Of a stretch of DNA of 64,000 nt, positions 25,046 to 37,964 are shown piece by piece. The translations under genes and the position numbers were made by a program. Origin of the DNA: Octopus vulgaris (Eukaryota). The DNA is taken from contig OX597831.1 in NCBI GenBank assembly GCA_951406725.2, forward strand, positions 49,476,001 through 49,540,000, in the 5' to 3' direction. The notes below the pieces were generated by a model. It saw only the letters and a program-made list of their open reading frames with translations. It was not told the origin of the DNA and made no database searches. The number at the start of each line of letters is the position of its first letter. The first letter of the stretch is position 1.

Positions 25046-25258
25046 TTGTGTGTCTGTGTTTGTCCCCCTAGCATTGCTTGACAACCGATGCTGGTGTGTT
25101 TACGTCCCCGTCACTTAGCGGTTCGGCAAAAGAGACCGATAGAATAAGTACTGGGCTTACAAAGAATAAGCCCCGGAGTCGATTTGCTCGACTAAAGGTG
25201 GTGCTCCAGCATGGCCGCAGTCAACTGACTAAAACAAGTAAAAGAGTAAAAGAGTAAA
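24896..25258 (+). mobile_element. SINE family A, 5'-truncated
   Basis: Matches 10586-11008 from ACTGCGTGGCA to the (GTAAAAGA)n tail. Confidence 0.9.
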
Positions 25259-25562
25259 GTGTATACACACACAAGTGCCGTTCTTTTAAAAATACATTGG
25301 TTGCTGAATCACACATATCTGAGTCTAAGAAGGGTCAAATAAGACATTGTAATGTAGCTCCTTTCTGTCAAATTCTACCCCAATTAAAGATATTCAATAT
25401 GGAAATTGAATTTATTTTAATTTGATTTCTCAAATTGAATTAGTTGAGCATGGAGATAATTGTTAGGTGCAATGGGTTTGATATTGTTCGGAATTGAAAA
25501 TGTTCTAATAAATTAACGTCTATATTTTAATTTCTCCTTTTTCTTTTCTTCCTATATATATT

Positions 25563-25796
25563 CTCTTTTACTCTCTCTTTTACTTGTTTCAGTCATTTGA
25601 CTGTGGCCATGGTGGAGCACCGCCTTTAGCCAAACAAATTGACCCCAGGACTTATTCTTTGTAAGCCTAGTACTTATTCTATCAGTATCTTTTGCTGAAC
25701 CGCTAAGTTACGGGGACGTAAACACACCAGCGTCGGTTGTCAAGTGATCTTGGTGGAACAAACACAGACACACAAACACAGACACAGACACACACA

Positions 25797-25839
<43 letters not shown>

Positions 25840-26057
25840 ACACACACACACACACACACACACTCATAGATAGATATATACACATACAGATATACGACGG
25901 GCTTCTTTTAGTTTCCGCCTACCAATTCCACTCACAAGGCTTTGGTCAGCCCGAGGCTATACTAGAAGACACTCGGCCAAGGTGCCACGCAGTGGAATTG
26001 AACTCAGAACAGTGTGGTTCGTAAGCAAGCTACTTACCACACAGTCACTCATGCGCC
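25563..26057 (-). mobile_element. SINE family A, full length, expanded internal microsatellite
   Basis: Reverse-complement match to 10586-11008. Confidence 0.9.
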
Positions 26058-26084
26058 TATTATTTCTGCAATGATAAAAACAAA

Positions 26085-26147
<63 letters not shown>

Positions 26148-26149
26148 GG

Positions 26150-26365
26150 GCGGCGTGTGTCTTTATGTGTGTTCTCCACCACCGCGTGACAACTGGTATT
26201 GGTGCCTTTAAGTTCTCGTAACTTAGCAATTCGACAAATGGGCCCAACGGAATAAGTAGTAGGCTTAGCAAAGGAGAAAAATAATGAGGTACTGAGGTCG
26301 ATTCATTCGACAAAAAATTCTTCAAGTTGGTGTCCCATACATGACTGAAACAAGTAAAAGATAAA
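26150..26365 (+). mobile_element. SINE family A 3' half, diverged
   Basis: TGACAACTGG..GTAACTTAGC..GAATAAGTA..ATGACTGAAACAAGTAAAAG. Confidence 0.7.
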
Positions 26366-26367
26366 GG

Positions 26368-26402
<35 letters not shown>

Positions 26403-26405
<3 letters not shown>

Positions 26406-26728
26406 TCCATGAAAGTTAGAGGTTGTGAATCCAACCAACTAAGGGATAATATCTATCCAATATACTGCTGGTAGAATACACAATTATTAATACACAAGTG
26501 CTTTTATTGCATTGCAATTACATTACCGAGGGTAGTGTTAAATTGTAATAATTACTGGTATCCTTTTATATATTAATATATTTTATATTTTATATGTAAA
26601 TCATAATATGTTATACATGTATGTATATTCTTGTATTTGTCAGTTTAGGAAATATATAAGTAAGTTGACATAATATAATGTCTAAAAGTAGATGAATCAC
26701 CTATTGATCTCCTCCATTTTCTTATCGC
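26403..26728. mobile_element. Second copy of the 4092 repeat with an inverted internal segment
   Basis: 26403-26540 is a direct match to 4092-4245; 26545-26728 is a reverse-complement match to ~4290-4462. Confidence 0.75.
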
Positions 26729-26732
26729 CCTT

Positions 26733-26802
<70 letters not shown>

Positions 26803-27041
26803 AACATATGCATATGAATATATGTGCATGTATATCAGTCTACGCGCGCAAACACACACATATTGCACAGATGCATATGGTGGTGAGTTCTCACCCAATA
26901 GACTGTCAGTTGCTGTTTCAGTTCTCATTTTGTAGCTGTCCGAATCGATTAACGTTGTCACTCTTCTAGTGAGTCTTGATTAATACCTTAGTTACAGTAA
27001 AAGAAAAAAGACGAAGAAGATAGGCACAACTCTCGGCTCAT

Positions 27042-27427
27042 ACTCTTTACTCTTTTACTTGTTTCAGTCATTTGACGGGCCATACTGGAGTACCGCTTTT
27101 AGTCGAGCAAATCGACCCCAGGACTTATTATTTGCAAGCCTAGTACTTATTCTATCGGTGTCTTTTGCCGAACTGCTAAGTTACGGGGACGTAAACACAT
27201 CAGCATCGGTTGACAAGCGATGTTGGGGGTCAAACACACATATATATATATATATATACATATATACGACGGGCATCTTTTCAGTTTCCGTCTAGCAAAT
27301 CCACTTACAAGGCTTTGGTCGGCCCGAGGCAATAGTAGAAGACACTTGCCCAAGGTGCCACGCAGTAGGACTGAACCCGGAACCATGTGGTTGATAAGCA
27401 AGCTACTTACCGCACAGCCACTCATGC
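27042..27427 (-). mobile_element. SINE family A, near full length
   Basis: Reverse-complement match to 10586-11008. Confidence 0.9.
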
Positions 27428-27825
27428 TGTACAAAAATGTACGAAAATGTACAAAAGTATCAGTGCTGGGAAGATAGAGATTTTGTCACGTTCACTCACC
27501 AGAAATTTAAGAAGTATAGTTGAACTCAGATTTGAACTGAGAACATAAAAAAAAACGTAACTCAACACTCCCCTCCGTGGAAATGAAATCGTGAGGCGCT
27601 TAACTGAATCAGCGATTCCACTGATCCCCCATGCGGGTATCAGATGAAAATTGAACGCACAAAATTCACTTACTCAGAGAATCTGTAGGGTCTAACAACG
27701 ATGTATATTTACTTCAGATCAGGTACGTCGAGCACATGATTCAATTTATGACGAATATCTATTTGATAAACAATATTCATGAAACACGCAGTAGGGACTC
27801 TATGCACCACTAATCGACAGAAAAG

Positions 27826-27869
<44 letters not shown>

Positions 27870-27910
27870 GTATCTAACTCTACATACATATATGTATACA
27901 CCTCACGCCC

Positions 27911-27952
<42 letters not shown>

Positions 27953-28092
27953 GTACATATATATATATGTATATATATGTATATATATATATATAAGTAC
28001 AGGCTTAGCAAAGAAAAAAATATATTTTGGATATATAAATATATCTATAGCTATATCTATATCTATATATGTGTACGTGTATATATACATAC

Positions 28093-28166
<74 letters not shown>

Positions 28167-28321
28167 ATATATATACACGTACACATATGTTATAGAGTGC
28201 TGATAATGATGCTCGAGGGAATATTGACTAATTGAATTCGTTGATATCAAGACCGTTATTTTATCTCGGTCTATCTAGTTATCTGTTTATTAATTTATCT
28301 TTCACATTATGTGTCAAAAGA

Positions 28322-28405
<84 letters not shown>

Positions 28406-29207
28406 GTCTGTCTGTGTGTCCCTTTGGCGGTATGACTATTTGTCAGTATGGATATACGTAGTGTATGTGATTGCTTACGTCCGCCCTTTTCCTGTTTCTA
28501 TTTTCCAGACATATGCACACGCATACCCAGACATATACACAGGCTGTCATAGACGTAAGTTTTACTAACCACCTGGCAAACACACACAAATATATATATA
28601 TATACTGCATGTTGTTTTCCAAAATTAATCTTATTAGTTTCATTTCGATATTTATTCCATGCAGGCATGGAAGAGCTGTAGTCCATGTTGTACTACCTTC
28701 TATAAGTATAATCAAACCTGTGTATTTTAACATTTAAGAATAAACATATCTTTAGAAAGATATGTGGTGACTGAAAATAGAACTATTTTGTCAGAAAACT
28801 TTGTAACAAAATCTGACCATTACGGATCTGTCACTATTAGTTGATAGGAGATGGCTTGTTTTTGCTTTTATTTTTAATATTAGATAACTTCATCAAGTAG
28901 CTATGGGTGTGACTAATATTAATGTTATATATATATATTTATAAAAGCAACATTGTAAGTCATGACACTTTAAACAAACTGTGTGAGTGAGACAGACATT
29001 TGATAATTTTCCTTGAATTTCCAGCAATGCTGGAAGATTACCAGTAGCGTTAAAACTTCTTGTAGTACTGAAAGTTTAGCTGAATTTTTGAGAAATGCCT
29101 TATACACTCATGTAATTTTTCCTAAATAGAACAAAGCCACACAAGAATATATCTCATTCTCTATGATCTATCTCTCAATTTGTATTTTTCTACATATTTA
29201 TATATAG

Positions 29208-30015
29208 CGGCGTCCGTACCCTCGTTGGGTTTATGTAAGTACATATTCCTGTAATTTGGTACGACTCTACACACTGTCTCTCTCTCCTACATTACTCTGC
29301 CTTTCACACTTTGCACTCTACTTTGATCTGTCCCCTTTTCTCTCTACTTCTCCTCCTTTTCTCTTTTCTTGCCTCTGATTCTTTGGTCTACTCTTCCCCC
29401 CACTCTCTCACATTCTCTGTCTTTCTCACTTTGCACTCACCAGCAAATCCTTGGCACGCATTCTTTCTTCTCCTCTCTTTAATTACTTCTTTCTCTCTCT
29501 TCTCTCCCCCCTTTGTTGCCTTCGTCCCTCTTTCTCTCTCTCTTTGTTTCCTATGCCCCCTTTCTTTTCTCTCTCTTCATCACGTGACCGCTGGTCAAAA
29601 TCAGCCTTTTGGCCTCCGACCACTGCCCTGAGAACATCTGTTGTCTTCGTCTGCCGGTAAAGGCATTATTTCCAAATACGTCAGCTAAACTTGTACTGTT
29701 TATTAGTCGTAAGACACCCGCTGTTTTTGTCCTGTTTTTACCATTATTGTTTTTTGTATTTTATATTCGTGTGGCATCGTCCGTTTTTCTGTCCCTGTTT
29801 CGTATACATTCGATCCTTCTTCCAAGAAATGTAATGATCGTAGCTTAGTTTTTCCTTGGGGCTGACCGAATCGGAGCGATCTCAAGATTTATCAGCCGAA
29901 ATTGCTAGGATGATGCGGTCCTTGACTGAAGATTGAAGGCTTCGAATGTCCCGTCCGTGTTTTTTGTATCGTCTTCTAAATGTTTTACGTTCTTGTCCCA
30001 GTTTGTATTTTTCTA
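29208..30015 (+). mobile_element. Unclassified ~0.8 kb insertion between (AT)n tracts
   Basis: Sharp change from TATATA to GCGGCGTCCGTACC, pyrimidine-rich + strand, ends TTTTTCTACA then (TA)n; GGCTGA...TCAGCC-GAAA hairpin near 29856-29900. Confidence 0.4.
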
Positions 30016-30131
30016 CATATATATATATATATATATATGCATATTGATATATCTATATACGTATGTCAGGTAATAACATACACGAATGTACATAAGCATA
30101 CACACACACATATATAAAATACTTATATATA

Positions 30132-30440
30132 CTTAGTGGTTAGGGCATTCGGCTCATGATCGTAAGGTTGTGAGTTCGATTCCCGGCGACGCGTTGTGTC
30201 CTTGGGCAAGACACTTTATTTCACGTTGCTCCAGTCCACTCAGCTGGCAAAAATGAGTTGTACTTGTATTTCAAAGGGTCAGCCTTGTCACTCTCTGTGT
30301 CACGCTGATTATCCCCGAGAACTACGTTAAGGGTACACGTGTCTGTGGAATGCTCAGCCATTTGCACGTTAATTTCACGAGCAAGCTGTTCCGTTGATCG
30401 TATCAGCTGGGACCCTCGTCGTCGTAACCGGCGGAGTCTT
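30132..30440 (+). mobile_element. CORE-type SINE (body X, tail 1)
   Basis: B box GAGTTCGATTCC, CORE-like body, tail ...CCCTCGTCGTCGTAACCGGCGGAGT; matches 6967-7286. Confidence 0.9.
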
Positions 30441-30659
30441 TTAAGAATGTATATATATATATATGTGTGTGTATGTGTGTATATGTGAGTGTGTATAGAT
30501 AGATATTGATATAGGTATCTATATGTATATACATATATACATACATATATATATATATACATATAATATATATATATATACATACATACATATATATATA
30601 TTTATATATATATATATGTATATATATGTATGTATACATATATATATATATATGTATGT

Positions 30660-30711
<52 letters not shown>

Positions 30712-30718
30712 AATCTCT

Positions 30719-31125
30719 CTCTCTTTTACTCTTTTACTTGTTTCAGTCATTTGACTGCGGCCATGCTGGAGCACCACCTTTAGTCGAGCAAATCGACCCC
30801 GGGACTTATTCTTTGTAAGCCCAGTACTTATTCTATCGGTGTCTTTTGCCGAACCGCTAAGTGACGGGGACGTAAACACACCAGCATCGGTGGTCAAGCA
30901 ATGCTAGGGGGACAAACACAAACACACACACACACACATACATATATATATATACATATATACGACAGGCTTCTTTCAGTTTCCGTCTACCAAATCCACT
31001 CAGAAGGCATTGGTCGGGTCCAGGGCTATAGCAGAAGACACTTGCCCAAGATGCCACGCAGTGGACTGAACCCGGAACCATGTGGTTGGTTAGCAAGCTA
31101 CTTACCACACAGCCACTCCTGCGCC
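30719..31125 (-). mobile_element. SINE family A, full length
   Basis: Reverse-complement match to 10586-11008. Confidence 0.9.
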
Positions 31126-31131
31126 TATATA

Positions 31132-31176
<45 letters not shown>

Positions 31177-31181
<5 letters not shown>

Positions 31182-31326
31182 TAATCCAAACAAGAAAACA
31201 AAAAAGACAACAACGCGAGGAGGTGGAACAATTAAAGTATTATTAGGCGCTCAGGAAAAAAGGGAAGAAGGAGGGTATGACGTTTCGAGCGGAGCTCTTC
31301 GTCGGAAACATAGGAGAAAGAAAGAT
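31177..31326 (-). mobile_element. PLE terminal-repeat fragment with variant hammerhead core
   Basis: Near-identical to 35486-35665; minus strand CCGACGAAGAGCTCCGCTCGAAACGTC; (AT)n on both sides. Confidence 0.65.
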
Positions 31327-31357
31327 ATATATATGTAAATATATATATGTCAATATA

Positions 31358-31417
<60 letters not shown>

Positions 31418-32235
31418 TGTACGTATGTATGCAAACATGTATTTATGCACGTACGCATGTATGTATATATGCATGTTTATTCAAACAGTAATACATACGA
31501 ATATATATGTGCGTGCGGAAATACATATAAAATTGGAATTTATTTAAATTTTAAAATATAAATATACATTTGACTGGTTTCACAATTTATTTCCAAAAGT
31601 CTATGGCAAATGGTGGTGTGCAGTAAATCGTACGTTTTCTCACCGCTGCTGTAAAAATTCATACCGGTATATTTTCATACCTACCAGAAAGAAACGTTGT
31701 TATGAAGCTGTGTGTCGTAAACCTCAAAGCTCCCTGAAGCTATTGCTTAAGACTCACACCTCCCCGCACAAAAACACGTGTGCGTATCTTAAGCAATAGC
31801 TTGAAAGAGTTTTAAGGTATACATTTTCCATATTTACATTGAAGTGTATATATTACGTTTGTTGTCTAGATTACTATCTGAGGTCTTCATGTTTGGAGTA
31901 TCAAATTCATAACAATATTATTCTACCTCTTTGTGCTCGAAACATAAATGCATTATGAGTTTGTGGTTAGGCGTGATACGTTTTAACACACCTTGTGCTT
32001 AGTATACTTTCGAATGTTGTTTTGTATGTTTTTTACTAGTTGCTGCTTTGGTTGTACCAACACACAAATACAGAACACGTAAAATATACCTTGAAATCTA
32101 ACAGAAGTTAAACACTTAAGAATTATAATCTAGCATTGTTGATTTTTTCCCACCATTATAACAATACACCTGACATGTTTACTTAATGATAATGCAAGCT
32201 GTATATATATATATGTATATATATATGTATATATA

Positions 32236-32271
<36 letters not shown>

Positions 32272-32419
32272 CTTATATATATTTGTATGTATGATGTATC
32301 TATGCATTCGCCCCACAAACAAACACACATATAACACACATGTAACACACACACACATATATATATACATACGTGTTTATATGTATGTATGTACTAATAT
32401 ATATGTGTGTGTGTTTATA

Positions 32420-32451
<32 letters not shown>

Positions 32452-32974
32452 CGCTTATATGTGTGTATGCAGATATGTGTGTGTGTGTATGTATGTGTGT
32501 ATCTATATACACACGCACATACATATACGTGCGCCCCAGCACATCCCATCACAAATATCTATTTACGCAATTGAAACACCATTAGATAAAAATAATAACG
32601 TATATAACATTTACAGTGATTATTCAAACACAAAAGACCACAAACAGTGATATTTTGTCCCTGCGAAACCTCTTACAAATATTTCTAAAGACAGCACTTG
32701 CTCAGAATGTCATCAGCAGAACATCGGACATTCTGTTTAGATTTCATTTGATCTTATTCCTTGACATTCTGAACAGAGCCGGAAAATATTCGTGCTGATA
32801 CACAAGTCGGTGTAGAAAACATTCACTGATTTGTGCGAAAGAAGGTTTGACTAGAAATAAATGAAAATACTGACTTGATACAATCTTTGATTAAGATGAC
32901 GATGCCTTCGGTATTATAATTTATTTACAAGTAAAGAATGGCACTAGATGTTATATTTTATCTCAAAGTAACTT

Positions 32975-33980
32975 TTCTACTTTAGGCACAAGGCCCATAT
33001 TTTGGGGGAGGGGCGCAGTTGATTAGATCGACACCAGTATGCAACTGGTACTTAATTTATCGACGCCGAAAGGATGAAACGCAAAGTCGACCTTGGCAGA
33101 ATTTGAACACAGAACATAAAGGCAGACGAAATACCTTTTTCCTTACTACCCACAAGGGGTTAAACACAGAGAGGACAAACAAGGACTGACAAACGGATTA
33201 AGTCGATTATATCGACCACAGTGCGTAACTGGTACTTATTTAGTCGACCCCGAAAAGATGAAAGGCAAAGTCAACCTCGGCGGAATTTGAACTTAGAACG
33301 TAGCGGCAGACGAAATACCGCTAGGTATTTCGCTCGGCGTGCTAACGTTTCTTATTTCTTTATTGCCACATAGAGGGGACAAACAAGGACAGACAAAGGG
33401 ATTAAGTCGATTACATCGACCCCAGTGCGTAACTGGTACTGAATTTATCGACCATGAAAGGATGAAAGGCAAAGTCGACCTCGGCGGAATTTGAACTCGG
33501 AACGTGAAAACAGACGAAATACTGCTAGGTATTTCGCCCAGTGTGCTAACGTTTCTGTCAGCTCGCTTCCTTAGATAAATTATTATAGCAGCTAGACACA
33601 GTCTACGCTTCTATATACAAAAGTTGAATTACTAATGCAACTTTCCCAAGGTCACCAGTTTGAGAGTGGTTTACATCGAATCGACCCTGGAAGATGAAAG
33701 GAAAATTTGTCGTCGGCGGTATTTAAACTGGGATGATAAAGAGCCGGACGAAATGCTATTGTACATGTTGTCCGACCTATCGATTCTGCCAGTTCGCCCC
33801 CTTAGATGATAATAAGGATTTCTAAATTTAGCACAGGCCAGCAGTTTTGAGGTGAGGAGCAAGTCGATTACATTGATCCTTATGCACTATTGTTATTTGA
33901 ACCTAGTATGTAAAGATTTAGAATAAATACCGCAAAGCATTTTTATCCAATGCTCTAACGTGTCTGCCAGCTCGCTGTCT
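32975..33980 (-). mobile_element. Head-to-tail / nested array of SINE family E (about five units)
   Basis: Repeated CGAAAGGATGAAAGGCAAAGTCGACCTCGGCGGAATTTGAAC motif; young-tail units joined to internal positions of neighbouring units. Confidence 0.85.
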
Positions 33981-34199
33981 TGGATGATAACAATAACGAG
34001 AATAAAATGATGGGATGAACATCCTCGATCAGAAAATCCCTGAGCTGGGACTAAACAAAAATGAAAACGTCTGACTGAGTGGAGCTGAGGTAAGATGTCT
34101 ATTCAATAACAACAAATAAGGAGGACGACCCTTTCCATCACCGCCACGAGCAGTAACAGCTCCATCAACTTTACCGTTATCACTTTTGCCACCACTGCG

Positions 34200-34614
34200 T
34201 TCTTCATTCACCACTGCTATCACCGCTACCACCGCTGCCACCTCCGCCACGACCATCAGTACAATCATCACCATATTCACCGCCACTACCATCTCTACCA
34301 CCACCACTGCCACCACCATCAGCACCACCGCCAGCACCGACACCACCGCCTCCGCCGCCACCGCCACCACCACCATTACCACCACCACCACCGCAATCTT
34401 TACCGTGCCACTGCAATCACTACCACCGACATCACCAGCACCGTAACCACATTCATCACCCCTACTATTATTATCATCGACGCCGCGGTAACCAGCTCCA
34501 CCGCCACCACCACCACCACCGCCGCCACCACCACTACCGCCGCCACCACCACCGCTACCACCACCGCCACCACCACCGCCAGCACCGCCAGCACCGACAC
34601 CACTGCCTCCTCCT

Positions 34615-34658
<44 letters not shown>

Positions 34659-34720
34659 ACCACCACCAACAACAACATCCACCACCACCACCACCACCAC
34701 CACAACAACAACAACATCCA
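34200..34720. repeat. Degenerate (CCA)n/(CCG)n/(CAA)n trinucleotide tract
   Basis: Seen directly; gives poly-G, poly-V and poly-T ORFs in several frames. Confidence 0.9.
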
Positions 34721-35169
34721 CTAATACTCTGTAAGAACACATACAATACAAATGCAGTGAATTTTAAGCAGATTTACTTTTTCTCTAGCTCTCCAACTAT
34801 TCAAATATCCAAATCTACTTGAACATTTCCCTATACAAATCCGGAAAACACTAACAAAATAAACAAATAATTCATAATTTAATTTAATTTAATTCATTAA
34901 CGCATAAAATACAATTATATATATAAAAAAACAGTAGATAATTACAATCAATAAATTCTTCGCATTGCAAATGATTTTCTCACTAACCTATTTTGGCATC
35001 ATTGTATATTACGGATTTAATAATTTATTTAGTTGTTAGTTTATGTTTCGAATGAGAAAAGGATTGCAGTGACTGTGATCATTTTTAAAGGGTCTCCGAC
35101 CCTTTAGAATTGGTAGGAAGGCAAGGAAAGAAGAGGAAGGAAAGTATGAAGAAAATTAAAGACATTTTT

Positions 35170-35395
35170 TTTCCAAAATGCTTGAGAGACATGCATGGTG
35201 TGGATATAGGTATCTTCAAACAAAACTGGATCTCCTGTCAAGGATTTCGGATGAGCCTACCTCACGGTAGGAATCAGATAAAGGCAGCAGCATCAGACTC
35301 CCTCTTTCAGCCAAATGCCACACATCAGAGGAGGTTTCATGTAGGGAAAATGTAGCAAAACCAAGGGTGGCCGCAACTCTCAAGCTGAACGTAGT
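35170..35395 (+). mobile_element. CR1-group LINE 3' end, degraded
   Basis: Homologous to the reverse complement of 62075-62300 (GATGAGCCTACCTCACGG...GGCCGCAACTCTCAAGCTGAAC). Confidence 0.7.
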
Positions 35396-35406
35396 TAAAG
35401 TGTTAT

Positions 35407-35485
<79 letters not shown>

Positions 35486-35487
<2 letters not shown>

Positions 35488-35665
35488 AAGTTAATCCAAA
35501 CAGAAAACAAAAAAGACATCAACGCAAGGAGGTGGAACAATTAAAGTATTATTAGGCGCTCAGGAAAAAAGGGAAGAAGGAGGGTATGACGTTTCGAGCG
35601 GAGCTCTTCGTCGGAAACATAGGAGAAAGAAAGATCCCGAAGTGGGAGGACAGAGGGAAAAATGC
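35486..35665 (-). mobile_element. PLE terminal-repeat fragment with variant hammerhead core
   Basis: Near-identical to 31177-31326; flanked by (AT)n. Confidence 0.65.
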
Positions 35666-35704
35666 AAATATATATATATATATATATATATCTATATATA
35701 CATG

Positions 35705-35930
35705 TGTGTGTGTGTTGCGATTGTGTCTGTTCCTCGCCACCACTTAATAGCCAGTGACGGTTTGTTCGTCACTATAAATTAGCGGTTCGACAAAAACCCT
35801 AACAGACTAAATGTTAACTTTTAAAAACATGCATAAATACAGGGGGAGATTTTTCCAACTAAATCATTCCAGGTAGTGCTCCAGCATTGTCGTAGTTCAA
35901 TGTCTGAAACAAGTGAAAAATAAAAGATAA
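35705..35930 (+). mobile_element. SINE family A 3' half, diverged
   Basis: TTAGCGGTTCGACAAAA...GTGCTCCAGCAT...CTGAAACAAGTGAAAA. Confidence 0.65.
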
Positions 35931-35964
35931 ATATGACATAATATTGCATTGAAAACAATACTAA

Positions 35965-36640
35965 GGCAGTGGTTTGGCAGAGCGAAGAATCTTAAAAGAA
36001 TTGGTTGGTTGACTAATTGAATTGCCTCTCTTGAAGTGGAGAAATCGAGATTTAGTTAGATTCCTTGGAGACTCTAAGCCGGGATCGACTTTGCCTTTTG
36101 ATCCTTCTGTGCTCGATAAAAGGAAGTACTAGCAATATAAAGATACTCAAATCAATTAAATATAACAACTCCACTATAAATAAAAGATTTGTTGCATCAT
36201 AAGGAACAGCATTATTGATACAAGTGTGAGTGAGGCGGGTTTGACGGAAAAGCTGAGTGTCGGAGAAAATTGCCTTTTGGGACTGAACAAAAAAAATAGC
36301 ATTATTTATACAGATGTAATGCAATCGTCTATGTCTTTTCCACAAAATATGATTCATTGACTCTTCAACCTATATTTACTATATTTTATTTCGACATAAA
36401 GAACAGTATTATTTGATACAGGTACGAGTGGGGTAAGTTTGTCAGAAAAGCTGAGAGTCGGAGAAAATTGCCTCATGATATTTGCTCCGACTCCTTTACG
36501 TTTAGAGCTGACATCCCACCAAGGACAACTTTACCTTTCAGGGGTCGATAAAATAAAATATTCGTAATGCACTGGGATCAATGTCATTTACTAACCTGCA
36601 TCTTATTATATTTTTGGCCTTACGTCTATGTTAGAAACAT
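35965..36640 (+). mobile_element. Degraded SINE family E array
   Basis: TCGACTTTGCCTTTTGATCC and GGGGTCGATAAAAT motifs; internal duplicated head. Confidence 0.55.
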
Positions 36641-37964
36641 TTATTGATAACGCTGTGATTTAAGAGAAACAACAGTTTCCAGACTAGCAGGTTTACAATA
36701 TTTGGTTTATTTAGCTTTTTTGCTCAGAGTTATAGAAAAATTAGGGAGTTAAATTTGCCTTGAACCTACAAGTTGAGACGCATTATCTTATCTGGATTTC
36801 TGAGGCGTTTAGGTGATTGAAAGCACATAAAATTCTCTTCCGAAAAGTACTTCAGTCATTTGCAGTTTAATTTTGATCGTCTCCGTTTTCTGCTGAGTGG
36901 ATTGGAGCGACGTGAATTAAAGTGTTTTCTTCAAAGGATCAATGAATTTCCGACCCTGAAATGGAAACCGCGATCTCACCGTCATGAAACCAGCATCCTC
37001 TCTACTAGCCCCCTTCACCTTCACACATGTGATACACTTTAGCATTTCTTTTGTAATTCTTTTGGGACTCAAAAATAAAACAAGCATTATTTATAGAAGT
37101 GTGATTCAACCGTCTCTGTCTTTTTCACTCATTGACTCTTTACACTGTATTTATTATATTTTATTTCTTTAGGAAATTGCCAAAGTTATGTCATAAACAA
37201 ACCGAATACAATCTTTCATATGAAAAGATATTTTTTTAAGAGAAAAATATATTTATTTTTCATTTTCACCCCCGCCAAAAAGAAACCAAAATTCAGCAGA
37301 AAACGTAACTAAATGCAAACACAAAGAAATAAAGACGCTTGTTAGACATTGATGGCAGAATAATCTCTATAATACTTATTTTATGTGATACACAGAGAAA
37401 TAAAGTTAAAGTATTACGTGCTTTTCAGAAATATTCGATGCTGAATGAATCAATAAACGAATGAACGAATTATTGAACAATACAACTAAAAGTGATACAA
37501 TCTTTTAACGTTAAGGAAGGCTGGATTATAGTACTACGAAAACACAATAGGTTATGTAATAGAATATTTGCAATGGAAATAAAACCGAGTCTTTTCATAA
37601 GTACATAAGCCGAATCATTGAATGTTGTGATATCGTGTAAAGAGCATTTGGTGATACAACAGATTTCCAAATAAATTCGCACAGGTAGCCATGCTTGTCA
37701 ATGCTATTTTGCACAGTTCAATGGCTGCGGTTTTCCATCTTTTTTTCGTTACAAATTTGATTTTATGTGAAAGAATTCAAGTAATTGGATAACATTGCAT
37801 CAACAACCACAGAATAAGCATCTTTAGTGTTATTGAATATTCAGTAGGTTGACTAATACGAAAAACTTTTCTGGTTTCGATAACTCCAGCTTCAGAAAAA
37901 TCATTTGGTTTGTCATCATTGTCAGAGAGTTAAAAATGAGCAACGTGCTTTTAACGTAATATTC

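Noticed and set aside
32702-32772. 11-bp inverted repeat TCAGAATGTCA/TGACATTCTGA
   Set aside because: Too short to distinguish from chance in 64 kb; no TSD.
32975-33980. Regularly spaced repeats resembling a CRISPR array
   Set aside because: Units are ~200-bp homologous SINE bodies with no unique spacers, no cas genes, and a eukaryotic context.
34029-34751. 240-aa Gly/Val-rich ORF that could be a glycine-rich structural protein
   Set aside because: It is a degenerate (CCA/CCG)n tract, open in several frames on both strands, with no unique domain or supported splice structure.
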